Source: a virus
Length of the DNA: 64,000 nucleotides
Direction: 5' to 3' (one strand)
Virus record (IMG/VR): IMGVR_UViG_3300050119_000049
Span: 1-64,000 of that record
The notes beneath the pieces are model-generated. The model was given only the letters and a program-made list of their open reading frames with translations, was not told the origin of the DNA and did no database searches. A program made the translations under genes and the position numbers. Shown in pieces: positions 36,354-46,538 of this stretch (positions are counted from its first letter, which is position 1; every line of letters starts with the position of its first letter).

Positions 36354-37837
36354 TGCCATTGAAGAAAGGGAACAGCGAAGAAGCAATTTCTTCGAACATT
36401 GCCGAGCTAGTCAAAGCCGGTCATCCACAAAAACAGGCAGAAGCGATTGCAGAGAAACAAGCTCGAACAAAAGACATCATGGTGCAAATTGAAGACGCTT
36501 TGGAAAATGATGAGGAGCTTCACGGGGGATTGAAAATTCTTAGTCATAAGCGCGTCGGTGATTCGATGCACGCTCAGATCCTCGATCGCATGAATTTCTA
36601 TGCTCCGGGTGAGCTTGGCAAATCACGACGCATGACTCCAGAAGGTTTTCTCGTATGCGAAGGTGTCGCCATCGCTCGGACCGGTCAACAGCTTTACAGT
36701 CAGAAAGAACTGCCGCTCGACGCCAATAATGACGGACATATTGTTGTCGATCGAAACGCCAGTGAAGTGTTTCGTGAGGAAACGATCGCTTCATTCGAAG
36801 GCAAGCCGGTCACTGTCGAGCATCCCAATGAGTTCGTTTCACCCGAAACGTGGAAACAGCTCGCCGTGGGCGTGGTTCAAAACGTTCGCCAAGGGTCAGG
36901 CATTGACGATGAGTTTTTGATGGCCGACTTGCTCATCACTGATCAAGCAGCTATCAAGTATGTCAACAAAGAATTGCCCGAATTGTCCTGCGGCTACGAT
37001 TCGGAATATGAACAAACGGAAGCCGGTCGAGCTATTCAGCACAACATTATCGGAAATCACGTAGCCCTAGTCGATCGCGGTCGTGCTGGGCCGCGTGTAG
37101 CAATTAAAGATTCACAATCAGAGGTAACGCAAATGAGTGGTAAGAAAGTCAAGATCATCGATCGGCTGTTGAATTTATTGACTGCCGTCAAAACTAAGGA
37201 TCAAGCCGCGCTCGATCGCGTATTGACCGAAGACGATGAGCCGGATGACGTTGAGGGTTTCGGTGCGATGGACAAGAAGATCAATGATGCAGTCGACAAG
37301 CGTATGAAGGATTGGGAAGAGAAGAACGGCAAAAAGGAAGAGAAAAAGGACGACGAAAAGAAGGAAGAGAAAAAGGACGAAGTCGAGGATGCCGTGCTGT
37401 CAGCCGAAGAGCTGGCGAAAAATCCCAGCATGTTGGGCCGCGTTTGGGTAGGCGATTCAGTAGCGCCGTTCGTCAAGGAAATTTTGGCCCGTGCCGAAAT
37501 TCTATCGCCGGGAATGTCGGTTTCAACCACCGATGCCGTCAGTCAGAAGGGCTTGAAGAATTTCATGCTCAATTCGCTGTTGAAGGCCAATACGACCGAC
37601 GAAGGCAAGGCGTGCATCAATCCCCTTCTGTACGGTCGATCGCTTGAAACACTCGATGGTCCCTCATTGCTGAATGTGTTTACGGGAGCAGCCGAAATGC
37701 GTCGTGTTCAAAACAACGCAGCCTCACGACCTAATCTGGTGGCGGCATCGACTCGAGACTTCAGCAAAGCCGTCACGATTGAGTCCATCAACGAAGCCAA
37801 CCAGAAGTTCTGGGCCGGTCGTTCTGGCGCTCGATAA
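36353..37837 (+). CDS. Capsid maturation protease / scaffold-like protein (DUF2213-like) with a Lys/Glu-rich segment
   Basis: Position between portal and MCP. LSCGY...NIIGNHVALVDRGRAG pattern. KEEKKDDEKKEEKKDEVED scaffold-like low complexity. Start set at MPLKKG. Confidence 0.55.
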   Translation: MPLKKGNSEEAISSNIAELVKAGHPQKQAEAIAEKQARTKDIMVQIEDALENDEELHGGLKILSHKRVGDSMHAQILDRMNFYAPGELGKSRRMTPEGFLVCEGVAIARTGQQLYSQKELPLDANNDGHIVVDRNASEVFREETIASFEGKPVTVEHPNEFVSPETWKQLAVGVVQNVRQGSGIDDEFLMADLLITDQAAIKYVNKELPELSCGYDSEYEQTEAGRAIQHNIIGNHVALVDRGRAGPRVAIKDSQSEVTQMSGKKVKIIDRLLNLLTAVKTKDQAALDRVLTEDDEPDDVEGFGAMDKKINDAVDKRMKDWEEKNGKKEEKKDDEKKEEKKDEVEDAVLSAEELAKNPSMLGRVWVGDSVAPFVKEILARAEILSPGMSVSTTDAVSQKGLKNFMLNSLLKANTTDEGKACINPLLYGRSLETLDGPSLLNVFTGAAEMRRVQNNAASRPNLVAASTRDFSKAVTIESINEANQKFWAGRSGAR

Positions 37838-37876
37838 CATCGTCTTAATTCAAGATTTCTCAAAGGAAAAATTCAC

Positions 37877-38380
37877 ATGACTGCATATACTTTTCGTATG
37901 CCCTTCGGCATCCCTGGCGATATCACCCGCGCTGGAATCGCAACGGTCGAAGCTCAGCCTTTCGGCGCTACGGCTTTTCCGTCCTACGGCGTGCCCGTTG
38001 GCCTGGTCAATGGCCTGGTCGTTCCCATCAATGGCTCTGGCGTGGCCGTGTACGGCATTCTAGTACGTCCTTTCCCGACTCAAGGTGCCAATGCCTCGGA
38101 TCCTCTCGGTACGTCAGTGCCTCCGACTTCGGGCATTGCCAACATCCTGCGCCGTGGCTATATCTCGGTTTACGTTCAGAACTTCGCCGTCAATGCGGCA
38201 GCCGCTAATACTCCGGCTTACATGTGGTATGCGGCCAGCTCGGGTCAACACGTTCAAGGCGGATTGGAAGCAGCGGCCACGGGCGGCTCAACCACTGAGA
38301 TGAATACGTTCCCGTACAACGGCTATTTCACTTGCGCGAGCGATTCAAACGGCATGGCCGAACTCGCCTTCAACGTCTAA
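37877..38380 (+). CDS. Head decoration / accessory capsid protein (hypothetical)
   Basis: Small Gly/Ala-rich ORF immediately before the MCP. Confidence 0.45.
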   Translation: MTAYTFRMPFGIPGDITRAGIATVEAQPFGATAFPSYGVPVGLVNGLVVPINGSGVAVYGILVRPFPTQGANASDPLGTSVPPTSGIANILRRGYISVYVQNFAVNAAAANTPAYMWYAASSGQHVQGGLEAAATGGSTTEMNTFPYNGYFTCASDSNGMAELAFNV

Positions 38381-38410
38381 CCAACTATTTCTATAATGAG
38401 GACAGAATAC

Positions 38411-39508
38411 ATGAATGTTCAAGCACATCCCGCCACCGTAGATTCGGCTGTGGCAACCGCGCTAATGGCGCGGCGTGGACTGTTGGGCTCGGTTCGTGGC
38501 ACCAATTCAAGCGTCAATACCCGACTGCGCACGCAGGATGGGCTGTTCACGTTCGATCAGGCCACGATCGATTCCTCCGGTTCGTTCCTGGTGGGCGAGT
38601 TGGAGCGTTTGGATCAACGTCTGCACATGCCTCTGGCAGCCGTTACGTGGAGTCGAGATATCGACTTGCGTACCGATGTCAGCATGGCGGATGAGGATTC
38701 GAGCTTCACCAATAGCTCTTTCTCCCAAGCTCCGGGCGTAGCTGGATCGAACAAAGCCTGGGCCGGTAAAGACTCGAGTGCCATTGTCGGCATTGGTCTG
38801 GATATTGGCAAGACTTTGCTGCCTTTGAATATTTGGGCAACTCAGCTTTCTTGGACCTTGCCTGAGCTGGCTTCGGCTCAGAAACTCGGCCGTCCGGTCG
38901 ATCAGCAAAAGTTCGAGGCAATGCAGCTCAAGTATCAGATGGACACCGATGAGCAAGTGTACGTCGGCGATACCGCATTGGCTTTGACCGGTCTATTCAA
39001 CCAGACTTTGCTGACCAACACCGGTAACGCGGTGAACGGTAGCTGGGCGACTGCCACCCCGGCACAGATCCTGACCGATATCAACAGCCTGCTCTCCAGC
39101 ATTTGGAAGGCCACTGGCTTCGCGATCGTGCCTGATCGTCTGCTTGTCGATCCGACGTCGTACTCGATCTTGGTTTCGACCCTGATCAGCACTGCCGGTA
39201 ATATCTCGGTCCTTGAGTTCGTCAAGGCGAACAGCCTGAGCAATGGTGCAAATGGCCGTCCGCTCGACATTCAGCCTTGCAAGTGGCTGCTTGGCACGAA
39301 CAACGGCAACGCCAAGGGCGTGGCTGCGACCAACTGCATGTTCGCGTATGTGAAGGATCCAATGCGCGTTCGCTTCCCGTTGGTCCCGCTACAGCGCACT
39401 CCGCTGGAGTATCGTGACATTCGCCAGCTCGTGACGTACTTCGGTCGTCTGGGCGCGATCGAAATGGTATATCCCGAGGTGTGCGGTCTGCGTTCCAATT
39501 TGGGTTGA
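38411..39508 (+). CDS. Major capsid protein
   Basis: Size about 365 aa and position after protease/scaffold and decoration. Second ATG chosen because SD-like GAGGA sits 9 nt upstream. Confidence 0.7.
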   Translation: MNVQAHPATVDSAVATALMARRGLLGSVRGTNSSVNTRLRTQDGLFTFDQATIDSSGSFLVGELERLDQRLHMPLAAVTWSRDIDLRTDVSMADEDSSFTNSSFSQAPGVAGSNKAWAGKDSSAIVGIGLDIGKTLLPLNIWATQLSWTLPELASAQKLGRPVDQQKFEAMQLKYQMDTDEQVYVGDTALALTGLFNQTLLTNTGNAVNGSWATATPAQILTDINSLLSSIWKATGFAIVPDRLLVDPTSYSILVSTLISTAGNISVLEFVKANSLSNGANGRPLDIQPCKWLLGTNNGNAKGVAATNCMFAYVKDPMRVRFPLVPLQRTPLEYRDIRQLVTYFGRLGAIEMVYPEVCGLRSNLG

Positions 39509-39535
39509 TTCGATGTTGATGTAAAGGAGAATCTT

Positions 39536-39928
39536 ATGGCGAGAATTCGAGTATTGAAACCCTTCATGTTTTCTTCACCGGCTCAACCGGGTCAAAAGCT
39601 GACCACTGAGCGCTTCTTTGGTCCGGGTGAGCATGAAGTCGATGATGATTTTTTGCTTCATCCCTGGATTCGAGATACGAATGCCGAAGGTCGTATCGAA
39701 TCACCCGCGCAGACAAAAGCTCGGATAGAGAAGCAAGTCGCAGACGCGAAGGCTGCCACGATTGAAGCGGACATCGCAACGGCAAATGCCAATGCGGCGT
39801 TTGCTCGTATCAAGGCGGCCGAGCCCGGAGCAAAAGCCTCAGCCAAGGAGATCGAGGCCGAGCTGAATACCTCGGGTGCTGATCTTCGTGCCAAGCAAGG
39901 TCCAGTCGGCGTGAAGAAAAGCGCATGA
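39536..39928 (+). CDS. Hypothetical head-tail joining protein
   Basis: ORF after the MCP. Confidence 0.4.
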   Translation: MARIRVLKPFMFSSPAQPGQKLTTERFFGPGEHEVDDDFLLHPWIRDTNAEGRIESPAQTKARIEKQVADAKAATIEADIATANANAAFARIKAAEPGAKASAKEIEAELNTSGADLRAKQGPVGVKKSA

Positions 39929-40344
39929 CTGTCACCAGCGCCTCTTTCCGACAATCGTTCAAAGCATTCGACGATCCGAGTATTTATGATGACGACTCAG
40001 TGAACATGTTCATTGGTATCGCCGGTGGATTGTTGAATGCAGGTCGATGGGGCGCACAGCTTGATTATGGAACCTCTTTGTTCGTGGCTCATCATCTGAT
40101 TTTGATGGCTCGCGACAACGCAACGGCCAGAGCCGGAGGTATACCAGGGACGGTTCAAGGAGTAATCACAAGTAAGTCGGTCGACAAAGTGGCCGTCGGA
40201 TATGACGCTAAATCAGTGTCATTAACCGACGGTGCTTTTTGGAACATGACCACTTACGGAATTCGCTTTTTACAATTGGCTCGATACATGGGTACGGGCC
40301 CAGTGCAAGTTAATTTCGGCCCGGGTGGGCCAATGTTGAATTAG
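39925..40344 (+). CDS. Hypothetical head-tail joining protein
   Basis: ORF. Confidence 0.4.
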   Translation: MTVTSASFRQSFKAFDDPSIYDDDSVNMFIGIAGGLLNAGRWGAQLDYGTSLFVAHHLILMARDNATARAGGIPGTVQGVITSKSVDKVAVGYDAKSVSLTDGAFWNMTTYGIRFLQLARYMGTGPVQVNFGPGGPMLN

Positions 40345-40491
40345 GAGAATTCGATGCATGTCAATGCTCACTATTTCTGTTTGCTTTTGGCCTTAGTTCT
40401 CGGCGTCCTTGCGACGTTCAACGTTCCAGCTCGAGTGAATTTATTCGCTGGATCATTCGTGGCGTATTTGCTGGCTGTGTTTTTTACTTGA

Positions 40492-40845
40492 ATGCTTCAG
40501 GGTGTTCTTCGAGTCATTCTGGGCGATCAACTTGGATTTTGGTGTCCTGGCTGTGAATCGATGCATGTGGTCGATTCCGGTTGGACGTTCAATGGGAATT
40601 ACGATCGTCCGACATTTACGCCAAGTATCTTGGTAACTGGCGGGCATTATTTATCTACATGGAAAGTTGGTGACTCGTGTTGGTGTACGTTCAATAAGGA
40701 ACATCCAGATTGCAAATTCGTTTGTGGTCGATGTCACTCATTCGTGACTGACGGCTCAATTCAATTTCTCGATGATTGTTCTCATGCTTTGAAGAATCAA
40801 ATTATTCGATTGGAGCCGCCAGATGAAAGCCGTTACCATCACTAA
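40492..40845 (+). CDS. Cys-rich zinc-binding protein
   Basis: WCPGCESMH...CWC...HPDCKFVCGRCH. Confidence 0.4.
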   Translation: MLQGVLRVILGDQLGFWCPGCESMHVVDSGWTFNGNYDRPTFTPSILVTGGHYLSTWKVGDSCWCTFNKEHPDCKFVCGRCHSFVTDGSIQFLDDCSHALKNQIIRLEPPDESRYHH

Positions 40846-41398
40846 GGACAACGTTTCAAAAGTCTTTCAAGCGATTACGAAGATCACTGGCAAGCAAGTG
40901 TTGGTTGGCATCCCCGATAATGGACAAAACGTTCGTGACGATGAGCCAGTGAACAACGCCACAATTGGTTATGCCATGGAGTTTGGTTCACCAGCTAGCA
41001 ATGTTCCGGCTCGACCTTTCCTGATTCCAGGCGTCAAGAAATCAGAGAAAGAATCACTCAGGCAATTACGTCAGGCATGTGAAGCTGCTTTGAATGGGAA
41101 TCAGCCCGGTATGCTGCAAGGATTGAATCGAGCCGGTATCGTGGCATCGAACGAAGTGAAACACACGATCAACTCGAACATTCCACCACCTCTTGCGCCG
41201 TCTACGATTCGTAATCGTTACCGCCAGCGACAGACCAAACGTCGCGAAAGTGAGCAAGTGTATTTGGATCTAGTGAAAAATGGAGCTCCGCCCGGAGCAG
41301 CACAAACCGATGTCGGCATCGTGGCCTTAGTCAATACGGGCCAATTGCGAAATTCGATCACATACGTAGTTAGGGATAAGAAAGATGCCGCAACTTGA
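40823..41398 (+). CDS. Hypothetical head-completion/neck protein
   Basis: ORF. Confidence 0.4.
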   Translation: MKAVTITKDNVSKVFQAITKITGKQVLVGIPDNGQNVRDDEPVNNATIGYAMEFGSPASNVPARPFLIPGVKKSEKESLRQLRQACEAALNGNQPGMLQGLNRAGIVASNEVKHTINSNIPPPLAPSTIRNRYRQRQTKRRESEQVYLDLVKNGAPPGAAQTDVGIVALVNTGQLRNSITYVVRDKKDAAT

Positions 41399-41792
41399 CG
41401 TCTCAGATATTCTGACGGACATCGATTTTTTTGAGGGCGGCTTGATTTGCAATCGAATGTCTCAAGTTATAGGCGAAAACGGAATGGCCGTCAATCGAGC
41501 CGTACCGATACCATTCGGTGGTGTTGTCACGTCGATCAGTTATTCCCAGTTGCGTCGCACGCCTGAAGGCGAAGTGATCACTGGCTCCATCCTGATTTGC
41601 ACTCGATTTCGATTGATGGATGGCAAATCTGGTTTTACGGCCGATATTGTTCAGCGCGGCGATCGATCATATACGGTGGCCGATGTCAACAACTATTCGC
41701 GATATGGCCGTGGCTTCGTCGAGGCGACATGCGAGCTGTTGCCGCTGGCTGGCTCAACGAAGCCGCCACCGGGGTATCCTGGCAGTTGCTAG
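41385..41792 (+). CDS. Hypothetical neck/tail-completion protein
   Basis: ORF. Confidence 0.4.
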   Translation: MPQLDVSDILTDIDFFEGGLICNRMSQVIGENGMAVNRAVPIPFGGVVTSISYSQLRRTPEGEVITGSILICTRFRLMDGKSGFTADIVQRGDRSYTVADVNNYSRYGRGFVEATCELLPLAGSTKPPPGYPGSC

Positions 41793-41838
41793 CCGATCGG
41801 CTGAAGGTTGGCTTATGCGTTCGTTTTTAGGGGCCTAA

Positions 41839-42438
41839 ATGAGCAATACCTCAGCTACCGGCGGCGTGCTTAGCGCGGCAGCGCCTTTGCCGATCGATGA
41901 TGTTGCGCTCGATGCCGTATTCCAGTCGCTCGTCGCTTCAGTTACGGGCCTTGACGGCACCCTCGTTCGACCTCGATGGCAGCCTGAAGTTCCAAAGCAA
42001 CCCGAGCCCCATATCAACTGGTGTGCCATCGGAATTTTAGAAGTCGATCAGGATGATGGACCTTGGCTCATTTACGATGAGCCGAGCAACACTGAACTTT
42101 ATTGGGACCATGAATCCATCGAGTTATTGGCCTCATTCTACGGTCCGAATGCTCAGCAGTACGCTCGATTACTTCGAGCCGGATTGAACGTCCCGCAAAA
42201 TACCGAGGCGTTGCTGCCGTATGCCATTCGATATGTATCTTGTGGTCCGATACGCCCAACTCCTGAACTGCTCAGTCAGCAATGGATCAAGCGTCAAGAT
42301 ATTTCGTTGTCCTTTCGTCGAAAAGTCGAAATGATCTTCGATGTGCAGAACATCCTAATCGCAGAAGTAAATTTACGCGATGACACCGTGGTGAATGACA
42401 CGATCATCGTTCCTCCCGGTTCAATTGTGGAGCCTTAA
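41839..42438 (+). CDS. Hypothetical tail-completion protein
   Basis: ORF. Confidence 0.4.
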   Translation: MSNTSATGGVLSAAAPLPIDDVALDAVFQSLVASVTGLDGTLVRPRWQPEVPKQPEPHINWCAIGILEVDQDDGPWLIYDEPSNTELYWDHESIELLASFYGPNAQQYARLLRAGLNVPQNTEALLPYAIRYVSCGPIRPTPELLSQQWIKRQDISLSFRRKVEMIFDVQNILIAEVNLRDDTVVNDTIIVPPGSIVEP

Positions 42439-42442
42439 TTTT

Positions 42443-43933
42443 ATGACCATCAATCTGGGTCTTTCAGTCGGGGACGTTGTTAACGTTTCCGTCCTATTGC
42501 AGCCGACTGCCGCCCAACAGCGCAACTTCGGCAGTCTGCTCATTCTCGGCGATTCAGGCGTCATCGATACGAATTCTCGATATCGCATGTATACCTCACT
42601 AGCTGCTGTTGCCGGTGATTACCCAAACAACGCTCCTGAATATCTGGCTGCGGCAATCGCTTTCGGTCAGAATCCGCAGCTTCAAAGTTTGTACATCGGC
42701 GCTTGGGCTCGTACGGCTACGCCGGGCACATTGATCGGGGCCCCGCTCAGCGCGGCTCAGCAATCGATTTCAAACTTCAATTCGATCAGCACTGGCGGAT
42801 TGAATTTGTTGATCAACGGTACGGCATACAATTTGACCGGTTTGAATTTCACGGCTTGCACCAGCTTGACGGCGGTAGCCGCAGTAATTCAAGCGGCGCT
42901 AGTTGGATCAGCCAACGTGATTTGGAATCCGACTTACAGTTATTTCCAAATCACCAGCACTACGACTGGAATCAGCTCATCGGTAGTGGCATCGGCTGGC
43001 TCGGGTGTCGACATCTCACTGATCACGAATTTGAACTCGTCGGTCAGCGGCACTTACAACGTCGTCGGCATCGCTGCCGAAACCCCGCTAGTTTGCGTGA
43101 CTTTGCTGGCTGCAATGAGCAACGCCTGGTATGGAGTAATGTTCGCGGCTTCGGTTCAGCCGCAGGACTCGGATTACGTCGCCGTCGCTGGATTGATTCA
43201 AGGCTTGACGGTTTCTCGCATATTCGGCGTATGCACGCAAGAAGGTGCGGCATTGAATCCGTCTTTGAATACCGATATTGCCAGTCAGCTTCAAGCTCTG
43301 GGATATCTGCGCACCTTCGCTCAATACTCAAGCTCGACGCCTTACGCTCAAGCGGCTATCTTCGGTGATGCGTTCACCGTCAATTTCAACGGATCCAGTA
43401 CGCTGTACACGTTGAAGTTCAAGCAAGAAGCCGGTGTTGCGGCTGAAACGCTGACTGAGACGCAGGCAGCGGCATTGACGGCCAAGAATTGCAATGTGTT
43501 TGTGAACTACAACAACAACACGGCAATCTTACAACAAGGCACCATGGCGAACGGTACGTTCTTCGACATCGTACATGGCACCGATTGGCTACAGAATGCC
43601 ATTCAAACGGCAATCTACAATGCCTTGTATACGGTCGGAACGAAAATTCCCCAAACCGACGCTGGCGTTACTACGCTAGTCAATGTTGTCACCGGCCAGT
43701 TAGAGCAATCGGTGACCAATGGACTCGTCGCTCCCGGCGTATGGCAAGGTCCGCCGATCGGAGCTGTAGTCACTGGTCAGACACTGAGCAAGGGATATTA
43801 CATCTACGCTCCTCCCGTGGCGACTCAAAGCCAAGCGGCTCGGGCAGCTCGTCAAGCGCCGGTCATGCAGGCACTGATCAAATTGGCCGGAGCTATACAC
43901 TCTGCTTCCCTTGTTCTGTCCGTAAATTCATAG
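42443..43933 (+). CDS. Tail sheath protein (contractile tail)
   Basis: About 496 aa followed by a tube-size ORF, chaperone and TMP. Start MTINLGL with GGAG upstream. Confidence 0.55.
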   Translation: MTINLGLSVGDVVNVSVLLQPTAAQQRNFGSLLILGDSGVIDTNSRYRMYTSLAAVAGDYPNNAPEYLAAAIAFGQNPQLQSLYIGAWARTATPGTLIGAPLSAAQQSISNFNSISTGGLNLLINGTAYNLTGLNFTACTSLTAVAAVIQAALVGSANVIWNPTYSYFQITSTTTGISSSVVASAGSGVDISLITNLNSSVSGTYNVVGIAAETPLVCVTLLAAMSNAWYGVMFAASVQPQDSDYVAVAGLIQGLTVSRIFGVCTQEGAALNPSLNTDIASQLQALGYLRTFAQYSSSTPYAQAAIFGDAFTVNFNGSSTLYTLKFKQEAGVAAETLTETQAAALTAKNCNVFVNYNNNTAILQQGTMANGTFFDIVHGTDWLQNAIQTAIYNALYTVGTKIPQTDAGVTTLVNVVTGQLEQSVTNGLVAPGVWQGPPIGAVVTGQTLSKGYYIYAPPVATQSQAARAARQAPVMQALIKLAGAIHSASLVLSVNS

Positions 43934-43943
43934 GAGCCCTTCG

Positions 43944-44387
43944 ATGGCTAATACTTATAGTTTCAAAGATGTTTCGTCATCGCTGGCGGGCCCCACTGGC
44001 GCAGCCAATCTGGGTTACGGCGGAGCCATTGCCGATGAGGGCATTACGATCGATATGGCTGGTGACAAAAACACCATGACGATCGGAGCCGACGGTACTC
44101 CAATGCATTCGTTGCACGCCGATAAGTCCGGAGTGATCACGATTCATTGTTTGAAAACGTCACCGACGAATGCGATTCTTCAAACGATGTACGATGCGCA
44201 GCAAATCAGCTCTTCGCTGTGGGGTCAAAATGTGATCATCGTTCGAGAAACGCAATCAGGCGACATCACCACCGCTACAAAATGTGCTTTCAAGAAGAAG
44301 CCAAATTTGGCATACGGCAAAACGGCCAACATGATTGACTGGGCATTCGATTGCGGTCATATCGATACGGTACTTGGAGTTTACTAA
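43944..44387 (+). CDS. Tail tube protein
   Basis: 147-aa ORF directly after the sheath. Confidence 0.5.
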   Translation: MANTYSFKDVSSSLAGPTGAANLGYGGAIADEGITIDMAGDKNTMTIGADGTPMHSLHADKSGVITIHCLKTSPTNAILQTMYDAQQISSSLWGQNVIIVRETQSGDITTATKCAFKKKPNLAYGKTANMIDWAFDCGHIDTVLGVY

Positions 44388-44845
44388 TGGTAGAGTTCGA
44401 AATTGATGGAAAGTCTTTCCGATTCGAAAAGCTGACCGCCTTACAACAGTTTCATGTGTCGCGCAAAATCGCACCACTAATTCCTCCGCTCATTCCGGTA
44501 TTCCTGGAAGTCAAGAAAAATCAAGACAAAAAGGATAATAAAACCGACCTCACCGATGAACTTGATATTCTTGGTCCGATGCTCCAGCCGTTTGCCGATG
44601 GCCTGGCCGCGATGAGCGATGAAGCGTCTGAATATGTCTTCAGCACATGTCTGTCAGTGATTCGATATAAGTACGGAGACAATTGGATCCAGTACTGGAC
44701 GACTCAAGGCAAATCGTCGATGGTGGCTGACCTGAACGACATCTCACTGATGATTCGTTTAGTAATGCGAGTCATCGCGGACAACTTGTCGACTTTTATA
44801 GCCGGGTTTCTTACAAGCGCCAAGGAACCCGAGACCTCGGCGTAA
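44387..44845 (+). CDS. Tail assembly chaperone (G-like). A -1 frame extension ORF runs to 45022.
   Basis: Position between tube and TMP. An open -1 frame spans 44731-45022, ending 2 nt before the TMP ATG. Confidence 0.45.
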   Translation: MVEFEIDGKSFRFEKLTALQQFHVSRKIAPLIPPLIPVFLEVKKNQDKKDNKTDLTDELDILGPMLQPFADGLAAMSDEASEYVFSTCLSVIRYKYGDNWIQYWTTQGKSSMVADLNDISLMIRLVMRVIADNLSTFIAGFLTSAKEPETSA

Positions 44846-45023
44846 CGTTCTTTGAGCTTCCCGGCGGTGAAGATTGGTTGTTAAAGCCAGTTCATGCTGG
44901 ATTATTGAAAGCCGAGTCGCTCATAGACGGTACCGTGGACTTAGCATTTATTGCTTTGCTGAATGATTCGATCGATGTACGTGCCGACAATGACGAGCTT
45001 CTGAGGCCGAAGGGACCCTAATC

Positions 45024-46538
45024 ATGGCTGAGAGTACGGTCATTCGAGAATTTCTGGTGGCGTTGGGCTTCAAGCTCGACGAATCAGCGATGAAGAAGTT
45101 CACGGGCGGAGTCACGTCGGCCACTAAAGCCGTGTTTAAGCTGGGCACGGTCATTGAAGCAACCGCATTGGCCGTGGCCGTTGGCGTCGCTAAATTCGCA
45201 TCGAACCTCGAAGCGCTGTATTTCGCCGCTCAGCGTACGAACAGTTCAGCGTCAGGATTGAAAGCGTTCGATTTGGCTGCTCGAAATTTCGGTGCATCGA
45301 TCGATGAAGCGCAAGGATCAGTTGAAGCTCTCTCATCATTTCTGCGCAATAATCCGGGCGGCGAGAATTTCCTAGAAGGTTGGTTGCACGGCGTAGGTGA
45401 ATCGGCTCGTGATGCCAATGGTCATTTGAAATCCGGCGTCGATTTGATGGGCTCGCTAGGTAAGCTGTTTCAGTCACAGCGCGCCAACGGTCAAACGTAT
45501 CTGGCCTCTCAAATCGCTGGGCAGCTCGGTATCTCTGAACGAACGATGCTCGCGATCAGCACTCCGGGATATCAAGAAGAACTTTCTCGTCAACAGAAGC
45601 AAGTCCACGGTTGGGATTCGGTTACGAAGGCCGCGCATCGCTTCATGATACAGCTCGAGGACCTGAAGATGCAGGTCTTAGGCTTGTTGTTGAGTCTTCA
45701 AGGTCCTTTGCAATCACAGCTGGGTCTAAGTCTCGGCTCAATTTCGAAATTTTTGAGTGCCAATGGCCCAGCCATTACGAAGGACATCGTTTCGGCCCTC
45801 AAGTACTTGTTTCAAGAGTTCAATCATTTGCTCGATTGGCTCAATGCCAATGGGCCACTGATTCGTCAACGTATTCATGAAACGTTCGGAGAAGTGCAAA
45901 CGGTCTACGGCATTGTTCGTCCGGCTATGGATTGGCTGTTAGATGAATTCATAAAACTTGACAAAGCGACCGACGGCTGGAGTACGAAAATATTAGCGGC
46001 TGCGGCAGCTCTGAAGTTGATGGGAGCTACTGGAATCGTCACTGGCATCACCGGTCTGGGCGTGGCTTTAGCTAAGGCTTTCGGTAAGTCATTGTCCGTT
46101 GCAGCTACTGCATCCGAAGGTGAAGGTGTTTGGGCCGCTGCCGGATTGGCGTGGGGTCTTTCTGCCGCGACGGCTATCGGTGTTGGACTAGGAGCATTGT
46201 TTGATCACTACTTTCCGAACAACTGGCTGGCTCAAGGCGGTTCATGGCTTGGCGGAAAGGCCGCTGATGTTGGTGATCTCATAAACAATCGAATTGATGA
46301 CATGAATCTTCAGAAACTGTATTCTCGTTTACACAATACGAATGCGGTTCCGGCCTTTCTGAGTCACGATGCGCTGGATGCTGATCGGGCCAAGGGCAAG
46401 ACGTTTCAGCAAGAAACGAAGATCATCATTCAAGGTGCGCTGCATTCAGATCCTGCAACGATCGCTCGCGCTGTGGCGCTTGAGCAATCGCGTGTGAATG
46501 CTGAAATCATCCGTGAATTCTCACCGGACAGCCGATGA
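45024..46538 (+). CDS. Tail tape-measure protein
   Basis: Size, position and Gly/Ala-rich hydrophobic segment GATGIVTGITGLGVALAKAFG...AAAGLAWGLSAATAIGVGLGALF. Confidence 0.65.
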   Translation: MAESTVIREFLVALGFKLDESAMKKFTGGVTSATKAVFKLGTVIEATALAVAVGVAKFASNLEALYFAAQRTNSSASGLKAFDLAARNFGASIDEAQGSVEALSSFLRNNPGGENFLEGWLHGVGESARDANGHLKSGVDLMGSLGKLFQSQRANGQTYLASQIAGQLGISERTMLAISTPGYQEELSRQQKQVHGWDSVTKAAHRFMIQLEDLKMQVLGLLLSLQGPLQSQLGLSLGSISKFLSANGPAITKDIVSALKYLFQEFNHLLDWLNANGPLIRQRIHETFGEVQTVYGIVRPAMDWLLDEFIKLDKATDGWSTKILAAAAALKLMGATGIVTGITGLGVALAKAFGKSLSVAATASEGEGVWAAAGLAWGLSAATAIGVGLGALFDHYFPNNWLAQGGSWLGGKAADVGDLINNRIDDMNLQKLYSRLHNTNAVPAFLSHDALDADRAKGKTFQQETKIIIQGALHSDPATIARAVALEQSRVNAEIIREFSPDSR

